IMG/VR virus record: IMGVR_UViG_3300037067_027602
Location: 64,001-128,000 of that record
Strand: one strand, 5' to 3'
DNA: 64,000 nt
From: a virus
Lineage: Duplodnaviria > Caudoviricetes
Part shown: positions 10,363 through 22,300 of the stretch, piece after piece
How the letters are laid out: every line of letters starts with the position of its first letter
How positions within the stretch are numbered: position 1 is the stretch's first letter
Made by a program: the position numbers and the translations under genes
Notes under the pieces: model-generated
Databases searched by the model: none
Seen by the model: only the letters and a program-made list of their open reading frames with translations
What the model was told of the DNA's origin: nothing

Positions 10363-13300
10363 TCACGCCGCCTTCATGCTGAGCTTCGAGGACACTTTGG
10401 CCCCGTCCTTCAACCCGGAGGCGGAGTTGGCCGCCTTCTGGATGACCTCGATCGCCTTCTTCAGGTTGTCGTCCAGCGTCGGGAACATCGCCAGGAGCTT
10501 GCCCAGGTCGCTGTCCGACGTGATGCTGACATCGACCTTGCCGTCCACCCTGGCGTCCTTCACTGACGGGCTCTTCCGGGCGTCCTTCAACCCCTCGGAG
10601 GCTTCGTCCCCGCCACGCTTCACCACGGGGGCGGACACAATGGCCTCGGCGGGGCCGCCGTCACCTTTTTTCGGGGCGTCGAACATCCCGGCGATACCAT
10701 ATTCGTCGGGGGCTCTGGAGATGTCGTCGGAACCAAGGCTGTCCCCGTAGACGCTGCCCGCGTCGGCCCCGATGATCCGCCCACCGCGTTTCCGGATGTC
10801 CTTTTTGCTTGTGCCCGTGGCGAAATCTATCGCGCGCCTTTCATCCGCAGCCTTCTCGTATACGGTCTTCTCCTTTTTCTCCGTCTGGGAGAGGATCGCC
10901 AGCGTGTCGTCGCCTTTCAGCTCCTCCCCGAAAAACTTCTTCCCGCCCGATCCGGTGATGAGCCCGCCATGTTTGCGGATTCGCCTCTCGGCGTCCGGGG
11001 ATCTCCTCCTCCGCGCCATGGAAGCTTGCCCCAGCTCTTTTTTGGACAAACCGCCTTCATAGATTTCTTCCAGCGAAACCGTTGGTTTTGTTTTTTTGTC
11101 CTTCGGGGCATTTCCCATAATCGGATCGGCGGAGGCCTCTTCCGTCCACGCCTTCAGCTTCTCGCCGGAAGGCAAACCTTTTTTAGCGGCAACCCTGGCG
11201 TCAACCCCCGCCTCCACCTTGGACATCCCCTCGATGGAATCGTCTGACTCGTAAAAAGCCGGGTCGAAATTGATCGCCTTGGGAACCGGCTTTTCCTTGA
11301 CGACGGCGTCCCCCGACTCGCCATCCCTGACTTTTTTGGAGGCGTCGGAGATGGCTTTGTTCAGCAGCTCAACCCTCTCAAGGATTTTATCCTTTCCCCC
11401 CGCCGTCGAGGTCATCCTCCCCATCTTTGCCTTGCCGCCAGTGAGGTTGCTCAGCAGCTCGTTCAGATCCTTCCCATCCGCGACCGACCCGAGGATATCG
11501 AGATTCCCCTCGTTCATGGACATGAATGCGTCGACGTCGATCTTTGGGTCGTCATCCCCCAGCGCGGAGTTCAACGACTCGACGATCTGCTTCACCTTGG
11601 ACGCCACGTCCGCGGAGCCGGACATCTTCCTCCTGGCGGCCTTCATTCCCCTCTCGGTTGACATGGCGTTGGTGTCGGATTTCCTGGAATCGGCGTATTG
11701 TTTGGCGATCTGCTTGAATTTCCCAGGATGTACTGTGGACAAAAATCCGGATGTTATCTCTGCGTTGCCCTCTGCGTCGTCAAGCATCATCGCCACATTA
11801 CCGGCGTCGCCGCCATCCTTTCTTCCCGAGTCGACCATCGTGTCATATGCGCCGAATACGCTCCCGCCAGACAGAGCTGTCGTAAAGTCTCCGGTTGAAG
11901 ACAAAACCTCGGCGGCCAACCCCCCGCCCCCTTTTTTTCTACCTTGGTCGGACCAATAGTCCCCTATGGAAGAAGCCGCCATCCCGGCGACCCCTGCGGC
12001 CGCTCCTACCAATCCCCCTTTTCCAATATTCTTTGGAATAAATTTTCCTGCCATCGAAGCCACTCTGCCAATTCCAGGAAGAGCCCGCGCTCCTCCTGCT
12101 ATCCCGGACAATCCTCTAATGACCTGTGGGGCATATCTCCCCGCCAGAGCCTGCGTCGCCGGATTGGTGGCAAGCTCTATAGCTCCGCTTACTCCAAGAG
12201 GGATCGCATCTGTAATACTTGCCCTGCCATTGGCTATCTTATACGCCAGGCTGGCGCCTTGCGCCCCTAGACCGGCAAGCCTCATAGCCCCGCCAGCCTT
12301 TCCTCCCATCATCAACCCCGCTCCGTAGGCGGTCTCCCCGGCCGCCCCGACGAAAGGCATTGCGTTGTCTGCTGCGGAAGTACTCTCTCCGGCGGCTTCA
12401 CGGCGGCGAGTCTCATTGAGATTGTCTGTAGCACCTTTCCAGGTGTTCGCCGAATAGGCGATCGCCGCGGCTCCGCCGACTTTCTCCATCCAGTTGGAGG
12501 ATCTTATATGATTGGCGGACGTTGTTGGAGGAACGGGGGCCGCAGGAGCGGATGGAAATGACGTAGATGCGGCGGGAACGGCCGGTGGGACGGGACGCTT
12601 AGGACGACGAGCACCGGGGGTTGCGGAGGTAGCTGCAGGAGGGGCGGCCGGTGGGACGGGACGCTTAGGACGACGAGCACCGGGGGTTGCGGAGGTAGCT
12701 GCAGGAGGGGCGGACGGGGGTGGCGCAACCGGTGCTGGCTGATGGGTGGGGGCCGCCGTCCTTTCTGCCTGCAATTTATCATACATCTTCCAGATCTTCT
12801 TATTGGCCTCCCTTCTATCAGAGAACTCTTTGCGTTCGTCCTCCATTGTCAGAAGCCTGGCCGCATCCGCCCTGTATTTAGATCTCCCTCCATTCTTCTT
12901 GTAGACCAGCTCCATCCCCTCTGGAACAGGAGCTGCTACCCTTTCTTTTGGAGTTGGGGTAAATTTATTTAGTTCACGGTTCCTCTTGTAATGAGCAACC
13001 TCCTTTCCTATATCAGAATGGTCAAATTTTGTAGCAAATCCGTTTTCTGGAGAAAAATATTCGTTAATCCCCTTTCTTAAAGCCAGCTCATGCTTGGTCA
13101 GCTCGTTTTGTGGAAGGGTGGTGGCCCTCTCTATGGAGTTGAGCATTTTGTCTTGAATAGGTACAATGTCTCTGGTAGATAAATGCTCAGTCCTTATATT
13201 TTTAACGGCCTTGGCGATAGCGGCGGCGGATCTTTTATTTTTCGAACCACCCACAATATTCGCAGACGCCTTTTTATCAGGGACGGAGTTGGAACCAAGA

Positions 13301-16300
13301 AACTCTTTGAAGTCATCGTCTAAAATCTTCTTATCCCACATGGACATTTCCGAACGCTTGCCGGAAACTTCGGCGTTCGCTATAATGTTTGTGGAAAGCT
13401 CCGCCGCCCTAGTGTATTCTGGACTATAACCATACCAATTTTCCAAACGGCTTCTGGTGGCGGTATTCCTGGCATGAACAAATTCATGCGCAGTTGTTTG
13501 CATTTTGGTGGCATTTGGAAGCCTTTTATCAATCTCTATCCTATGATCTTCTTCATGGTATAGTCCTGCTGCATTCTCTTTTATTTTGGTGAAGTCGAAA
13601 GTCACCGGTTTATCACCCATCATCGGGGTGTCTTTTCTCAGAGTGTCGGCATACTTAAAAACGTCTTCATTTTTGGTATTTCCAAAAACGCTCTTGATAA
13701 AACCATTACCATAGGATGCCCTTTTAGAAGTAACAGGCCCTCCATCGGCAAAACCCGGAAAGCTCTTCATCTCGCTCTTAGCATCACCACCCTGCTTACG
13801 GATCTTCTCCAGCCAGGGAAACAGCTCACTCATCTCCTGGGGCAAGACATACTCGCCCTTATGCACAATTCCGGCTGGTTCGAATTTACCGCCGGCTCCG
13901 GTGAACCCTCCTGCCGAATGCCCTTTGGTGGCCTCGATTGCCTTAACGCTATCGGAGACCTTGGCACCAACGGAGTCGGAGGGCCCGTTCAACGACAGCA
14001 TCTCCTTTACCACGTCGGCGAAACGGAACACGGCGTCGTCGAAGGTCTTGGTGGAGTCCGCCAGCTTGTCGCTAAACTGCTCCTGCGCCATCTTGTCGGC
14101 CAGGCCGCCGACGAGCGGGCTGGTCTTGGCTATGTCCTTGAACTGCTGCAGCGAGAATATCTGGCTGAACTCGTAGCCTTTCTCCCGCAAACCCTGGATC
14201 TGGCTGTATGCGGCCTGCTCCTGGGAGGAGGAGAGGGCGAGGTTCTTCCTCATGGACGGGTCGGAGTCGTCCCTGACGCGGCGGGCGGCGTCGCCCACCT
14301 CCCTCATGGCGGACTCTATCTTCTCCCTGTCCTTCCCCTCCACCCCGCGCTGCCGCATGGCGTACTCGACGCGCTTGGCGAGCTCGTCGGCGTCGGACAT
14401 CCTGGTGGAGTATAGCGACCGCTGGGCGTCGAGGACGTTCGGGGATTTCATCGCCTTGGCGGCGTCCAGCTCCGCCATCTGGCGGCGGCGCTCGGACTGC
14501 GTCATCCCGACGAGGATCGTCTCCAGGCTCTTAGAAACCCTGTCCCTGTCGACCACGGAGGCGTTCCTGCGCTCCTCGAGCTGCCGGTAGTCCTGATCGT
14601 ACTGCGTTTTGTCCGACCCCGTCGCCCCGCGGCGCTTGGCGTCGATCCCCGAGAGCTCCCTGTCAAGGATGTTGATCGCCGCGCTCAGCCGGTCGATCTC
14701 CGACCTCTCCCTGGAGCCGCGGCCGCCGACCACCATGGAGGACGAGGCCATCCTCTCGGCGTCAGACCCGAGGTTGTCCAACACCCGCGAGACGGCGGCC
14801 CCCGAGGTCACCAGCGAATTCGAGGCCTCGGACACCATGTCCAGGACGCCACGGAGGTCGTCCAGGGAGTTCGACCAGCGCTTGATCCCGGCCTCGGCCG
14901 TCTCCAGCTCCTTGTCAAGAATCTCCGCGGACTCCGTCTTGCCCTCTTCCCTCATCTTCATCGCCCTGGAGCGGATGTCCTCCGCCCCGGCCTTGTTGGC
15001 CTCCAGGGCCTCCCGGAAAAACGCCTCCGTCCCCCCCGCGGCGGAAGTGTACCTGGACACCCCGGCGGTTATGGCGCCGCGCCTTGAGGAGATCTGCCTG
15101 TCGATGGCCTCGGCCTGGGCCGCCGTCATCCCCGACCTCGACCCGGAGACGGACGAGGTGGCGAGATGTTTCTGCATCGCCTCCAAAGAAGACGAGGCGA
15201 CCTTCATCCTGGAGGCGATGTCCTTGCCCTCCTTGGTGAAGTCGTTCGCCGAGGTGTTGAACGGCTCGTCCCAATTTTTGACGGCCTTGGGCATCCTGGC
15301 CCCGATCTCGCGCAGGATGGAAGCCACCGCGGCGTCGCCCTTCTTCCCGCCCACCAACGACTCCACGTCGACGTCCGAGCCGATGCTCCTGAGCATCTCG
15401 TTGACCTTCGCGGTGGCCTGCTGCAACGAGGTTATTCCCTCTTCGCCGTTCTCGGCCTCCCTCTGATCCCTGCCCTTGCCCGACTCCCTGGACTGCGCGG
15501 CAGCGTAATCGGCCGCCAAGTCGAACGCCCCCCTCTGCATCACCTGGGTCATCCCCATGGCGAGCTGGCTCGCCTCCAGCGTGGAGGAGAGGCTGCCGCC
15601 CCCGGTGGAGCGCAGGCTCTCGAGATGGGCGACGACGGACTCCAGCTCCTTCGGCCCCACGGCCCCGCCGGACATCGACTTCGACAACGACGAGAACTCC
15701 GGAGTGACCCTTCCAACCGACCCGCCAAGTTTGGTGGTGTATTCCGCCAGCAACCCCAGGCGGGAGACCGCCTTCGCCATGCTGGACTCCGGCCCGAGAG
15801 GCGACTCCGCCTCGACGTCCAGCTTCGCCCCCATCCTCTTGACCAGGCCGGAGCGGGCGTCGGAGATCGCGGAGTACAGGGTCTTCGCCGACCCGAACGC
15901 CAAACGGGCGGCGTCCGCCGGTATCCTGGACGCCCCCTCGGCGATCTCGCCGGTGTGCATGATGAAATCGCCTATGGACTTCAGGGCGGGCTCCGCCTTG
16001 CGGACGCTCTCCTCCGCCCTCCTGACAATCTCGTCTATCGAAGCGCCCCTCTCCATGGAGAACGGGGACAACGTCTGTTTGCCGGTCTTCTCGTCGTACC
16101 CATGGACGGAGAAATTCCTTTTCCCGTCCTCCTCCCCGGTGTAGGTGAGGGAGAACATCTTGTTCGTCTTCTCGAAGGCCTCCCTGGCGTTCTTCGGGGT
16201 CTCCATGGACGATCCTAGGCCGAACGCCCCCGTCGAATACACCTCGAGCATCCTGCGCGAGAAATCCTTGCCCATGATCTCGCGCACTTTTTCGAGGTTC

Positions 16301-19300
16301 CCGGCGGTCTCCGGACGCTCATATCCGGAGGTGGAGGCGAGCCTGGGCACGACCCCTCTCCGGAACTCCCCGAACCCGCGCCCCGCCGCCCCGGCGGAGG
16401 CGTCCAGCAACGGGTTGATAAGCTTGTCCATCTCCCCGCGGATCTTGTCCGCCTCGTCCAGCACCCCGGAATGCTTGAACCGCATCTGGTTCAGGGTGGA
16501 CAACCGCTTGGCCTTGGTGTAGGGGTCCCCTTCACCATCCACCACCATCTCCTGCCTGCGGATATCCTCGGCGAGCTTGTCCCTCTTGCCCCAGACCCCG
16601 CCCAAATCGGATCGCATCCCCTCCATCATGCCCGAGGAGGAGAACCAGCCGCTCTTGGAGCTGCCGAAAATCATGTTGGCCGATGACTCGTCGAGCTTCA
16701 ACCTCTGGCGCCTGACCCCCATGGACGTGCCCAAGGCGTTGTCCAGCATCCCCTTGTCAAGCTCCGGGGCGTACGGCGTCCCGCCGCTCACCGCCCCGGG
16801 GTAAAGGCGCATCAAGGTGTCCTTCGCCCTCGCCAGGTCGGAATAATTCACCCTGGATATTTTGACGCCCTTCTCGAGCTCGTCGTTGATCCGCTCGTAG
16901 ACGCGCAGGGAATCCTTCGCCCCCTTGAGGCGGTCTATCTCCAGCGACGCCTGCCGTTTCATCAGCACCTCGCTGCCGACGAACGTCTCCTTCACGGAGG
17001 TGAGGACATCGCCCAGTGAACCGGCGGACAGAGCCATGGTCGACAACAAAGCCACCGCCGCGGAGGCGTAGCCGTTGAACTTTCCGAGGTTGGGGAGATG
17101 TTTGTCCATGATCCCCTTGGACAACGAGAACACCGCGGGGGCGGCGGTGGCCCCGAACAACGCGGCGTCCCCCCCGAGATTGAGGGCATTTCCCAACCCC
17201 GTCCGACCCGTGGCGGAGTCCTTGTCCTCCATGGTCTGGGAATAGACCTTGGCGGCCGCCGCGGCGGCCATGGTGAGCATGAGATGCTCCCTGGCGAACC
17301 TGACGGCCTTGATCGCGCCCCGTTCCACGAGACTAGTGTTGTCGTTCAATAGCTGGCGGTATTTCTGCTCGCCGGCTATTTTGGAGGCCGCTATGGTGTT
17401 CACCTGGGTGTGCATGCGGCGGAAATCGTCCTCGGAGATCTCCTCCGGGGCTTTCCCCGCCATCACCCTTTTGGTGTAAAGCCCAAGGTTGTCCCTGTCC
17501 CCGACGAAATGGTCGGCGACGGAGCTCGCGGTCGCCCCGGAGTTGGACTTGATGTAAGCCCCTATCTGCTTCTCCGCCCCCCTCCGCTCCCCCATGCGGG
17601 ACACCATCTCCGGTATCCCGGCGTAGTTCAGCCCCCCGACGATTGCCGCCGCCCCGCCGCCCAGCAGGGCAAAGCTGGAGACGGCCGCGGCGGCTGACGC
17701 CGGCATCTTGTCCAGGAACCCGAGGATGTTCCCCAGGGCGTCCACGAAAGTGCCGGCGACGGCCTTGCCGCCGTTCGCCCCCATGTTCTCGTAGAGGCTC
17801 TCCAAGGATGCCTTGGTGACGGACACCTTCTTCTGGTAGGTGTCCATGACCAGGAGATTCTCCTTGAGCGCGGAGCCGAAGCTGTCCTCGCCCATCGCCG
17901 CCGAGTCGACCGCGGTGCTCCACCCGTCCATGAGGATGAGCAGGTCGTTGTAGCGGCGCGTCCCGGCGACCATGCGCGCGACGTTTGTCCTCTGCACGGA
18001 GTCCAGCTCCCCCCATTTCCCCGACAGGTCTGTGAGGATGCTGTAGACGCCGCGGAACCCGCCCTCGACGTCGTACGAGGCCACCCCGACCTCCTGCAAC
18101 GCCCCCACCGCTTTGTCGGAGCGGATATTGGAGAACAGGAACTTGAAGGCGTGTCCTATCTCCGATCCGGTTCTGCGCGTGGCGGAGCCGACGGCCGCGG
18201 TCATGCCGTTCAACTCGTTGAAGGAGATGTTGGCTACCTTGGCGGCGGCCCCCGACTGTTTCATGGAGTCGGCGAGGTTCACGGCCGTGATGGCCGTGCG
18301 GTTCTCTATCTCGTTCCAGGAGTCGAGGATGGAGAACGCCTTGGACGACTCTATCCCGAACTGGATCGTGGCCGCCGTGAGGTTCTCGGTGGCCTTGGCG
18401 GCGTCCATCTCGGCGACGTTCTGGGCGAGCAGCGACACCCGGGACAGCTTCACCACGTCGTTCATGGCGTTGCCCTGCTGCGAATAGACGGCCATGGCCC
18501 CGGCGGCCTGCACAGTCCCCTGCCCGAACTCCTTGGCCATGTCCCTGGCCGCCCCGGCCACTCTGGCGTTGTCGGCCAGGAACGGGTTCATGACCTTGGT
18601 GACGTTGACCACGGCGGTCTCGAACTCGCCCATGACCCCGACGGCGCTCTTGACGCCGCCCAGCACGCCGTAAAGGGCGAAGGAGAGCCCTCCGTACATG
18701 AAGACTCGGTTCGATATCCCCTTCACCAGGGATCCCACCTTGGAATCAGCGGCCTCCATCTCCCTGCGGATCCTGGAGTAGCCCTTCACCATGGACTCTA
18801 TCTCGGAGGTCTTGTTGGGGCTGGCAACGGGCAGCTCCACGCCCCCCGACCTGGAAAGTATCCCCTCCAGCTCGCGCCGCACGATGTCGCCGGCGGCCTT
18901 GGCGTGTACCCCGGGGGTCTTGTCCCTCACGGCGTCCAGGGATGGCAGCGTCCCCCCCACATCCTTGCTCGAGAACCCTTTGACGTTGGAGGCCAGATCC
19001 TCCTCCACCCGCCTGATCGACGCGGATTTGTCCTCCTGGCTCTGGGCGACGGTCTTGAGCATTGTGTACATGCGGCTGGCGTAGGCGTCGTCGGCCTCGC
19101 TCCCGCCCTTCTCCAGCAGCTCCTTCCTCAGGAACGTGGGCTGGAGGATGGAGGCTATCTCGCCATGCTTCCTGATGACGGCCTTGCCAGTGTCGGACTC
19201 CTCCAGCTTCCCGTAAGAGAATTTCAGGGCCTGCTCGCCGCGTTTCAGGTGGCGGCGCATCTCCTCCACCTCGGGCTGCCTGTCGCCGGCGAGCCAGTCG

Positions 19301-22300
19301 CTGTGCATCTTGGCGTACATCGCCTCGACGGCGCGGGTGCGTTCCCTCAATTCCGCCACCGCGGTCTTGACCCCGGCGTCCAGCTCCGAGTCGAACCCGG
19401 AAGCCCTGGCCTTGGATGCTATCCCCGCCTGTTTCCCGTCCTCCCGGCGTTTCGCCATCATGCCTTTTTGTATGGCCGTGCCACGGAATTCCAGAAGACC
19501 CCTCTTGGCCTCCTGATAGTCCATGTGGTTTTTGTCCAACGCCTTCTGGGCCCGCTCCAAATCTTTCTGGGTCTTCTTGATGTTGGTCTCGACACCCTTA
19601 ATAAACTCGTCGTCCGAGGCGAGCGGGCCGGATCTGGCGTCGGCGAGGATGTCGCTCTTCCTGCCGAGGTCGTCCTTCGTGTCCACCACGGTTTTCGCCA
19701 AGCCGGTCCTGGCGTAAAAGACCTCCCTGACCTTGTCCTTCCTTTTCTGCTCCTGGCCGTAGACGTCAAGACCCTTGCTGGTGCGGTTGCCCTTCTCGGT
19801 CCACTCCCGGAGGACTGGGGGCAAATCCGCCAAATTTCTTTTCACCATGTCGGGGGTGAACGGCTCCGGCTCCCCGGCCATCATGGAATCGACATCGCCC
19901 GACGGGCCGCCACCTTTCGCCCTCTTCGCTTTCAGGGCGTCCAGCTTGCTGGCTATCAGGTCAAGCCTCTGCGGGAGGATCTCCGTGAGGAGCTGCACGC
20001 CGGCGGCGATGTCGGCGATGGCGTTGGTTATGATGTCTATGGACGTCCCCCCACGGGACGCGGATCCAGAGACGTCAGGTGTCTTGCCGAACACACCCCG
20101 CACCGACGCGGAAATCTCGTCGTCCATCGCCCCGGACAACTCCGGCGGCGGCAGCGTCCCCGAACGGCGTCTGCGTCTTTTGCCCGAGGGTTTTTTCGGG
20201 GGGATGGCGATGGATTCCGGATCATCCCCGGCGGCAGCCTCCTCCATGGCCCCGGATGAATAGGGGGTGACGATCGGATTCGCCGGGCTTGATTTCGACG
20301 GACGCTCAAATGGCGTCACGATGGGCTTCCCGGAAACCACCCCCTCCGGCAAAGACATCCTCCCGGGCGCGGCGGAAAGCAAGCGGGTGGAATCAAACTT
20401 CAGGGACGACGCCCCCCCCGCGCTGCGGGAAGAATTGGCCTGGGCGGTCGCCGTCCTTCTCTCCGACGCCTCTTTCCTCCTCAGCATCTCCTCCACCTTG
20501 GCGACGTCTCCGGGATCACCGAGCACGCTCCTCATGGAATCCACCGTGGACGGAATCTCATCATGGACAAGCTTCGAAGAAGACACCCCCTCCCTTTTGG
20601 ACAGATGTTCCACGACACCCAGCCTCTCCCTCAACCGATCGCTCATCGGAGACATCCCCGTGATCGATTTCACAAGCTCCGCCCTAAGGGAGGCCTCCGA
20701 GCCGCGGGACGTCAGCTTGCCCGTCTTGCTTTTGCCGTGAATCGCCTGTCTCTCATAGGCGGCCGCCATCCCCATCGCCGTGATCGGCCTCTTGCCATGG
20801 AACGACTGTTTGAAGTCTGGGTCATTTGCGAGCCGGACATACTCCTCGACGATCCTGTCGGAAGTCCTTTTGTCTACGCCGCCGGACTTCAACCCGCCCC
20901 TGATGGCGTCCATCCCCTCCCCATAGGAATTTTTGTTGAGGAACGCCTCTTTGGCGAGGGTTTTGTAGGTGTCGTCCTTCCCCCACTTGCCGGCCTCAAT
21001 CCCATTTATTGCAGCCATGGCGGATCGCCATTGGGAGGCCAATGTCCTCTGGGCGATGACGGAATTTATCTTCGCCACCTTGTCGGAGCCGCCAGACGCC
21101 GTCTTGGCGTCTATGTCATAATCCCCGGCGGCGTATCTGCTATGCAGCTTGCGAAGCTCCCCGGCCCTCTTCCTCAAAAGCTCCACCCTGTCCTGGTCGG
21201 TCCCGGAGCTCATGGCGGAAGGCATCTCGGACGAGGAGAATTCGTGGGTTTTCAGCCCGCTTGACAACCCAAGAAGAGCCTCCCCCATGGGTTTGGCGTC
21301 TTTCATCAACGGGGCAGGGGTTTTTGAAACCCCCGTCCCAAGGGCGTCCAGCATCTTGGACACCGCCTCGTCCAGCGGGGTGAACCCTATGTCGCCCGCC
21401 CACTTGGCATACGTGTCGCCCCCTTTTTCCTTGGGGGTGTAATATTTGTTGTAAACCTCGTTTCTAAGAGTTTCCGGATCCACCCCGGAGGGGCCGGATT
21501 TTCCGCTAAGATCGGAGAATATTTTCTCCAAGGTTCCGGAAAACCCTTTTTTGAAAGCCTCCGCCTTCGATATCGTCCCCTGGTTATATTTCACCCTCCT
21601 GCCGGATATCGGATCCGTGCGGTAATCCATCATCAAGGTTGACCCGATCATGGATTTGAATTTCTCATAGGTGACAGGGGACGACCCAGAATCCTCCGAC
21701 CCCATGGATTTAGTCGCCTTGTTCAACAGGGCGTCGGTGATGTCTCCAAGTTTCCAGGACGCCCCGGACATCCTGGTCTCCCCCATATCCTGGTCAACCC
21801 TTTTCTGGACGTAGTCTCCGGAAAAACGGCCAAGAACGGTGTTCAGCGCCGCCGCTTTCACCCCCTCCTGCCCAAACCCGTCCAGGCGATGGCCTTTCGC
21901 CATCCTCCTGGTGAAATTCTCCGACTCGGAGTCTGCCCACCCCGCCTTCGCCCCCATGCCGAACTCGTCTTTGGAGAAAAGCTCCTTCGCCTTAATCCTC
22001 TCCTTCATCGCCTCGGTGTCGGGCGTGTCTTTCTCCGGGACGTACTGGGAAACGCTCTTCATGGGTCTGCCGTCGGCGTAGATGTCGCCGCCGGCCGCCC
22101 TGGATTTCTCCAGCCAAGCGTTGAACTTCGCTATCGACCCCTCGTCCATCCTGTCGTAGGAATAGTCGCCATAATCCGACGACCAGTCCTGGATATATCC
22201 CTCTCCCATCCCGACGACGCCCTTGACCGTGTGCCCTTTCGCCGTCTTCATCTCGACGTGCGGGCTCATGGCGGGATCCCCGGACGGGCCGGACGGCAGC

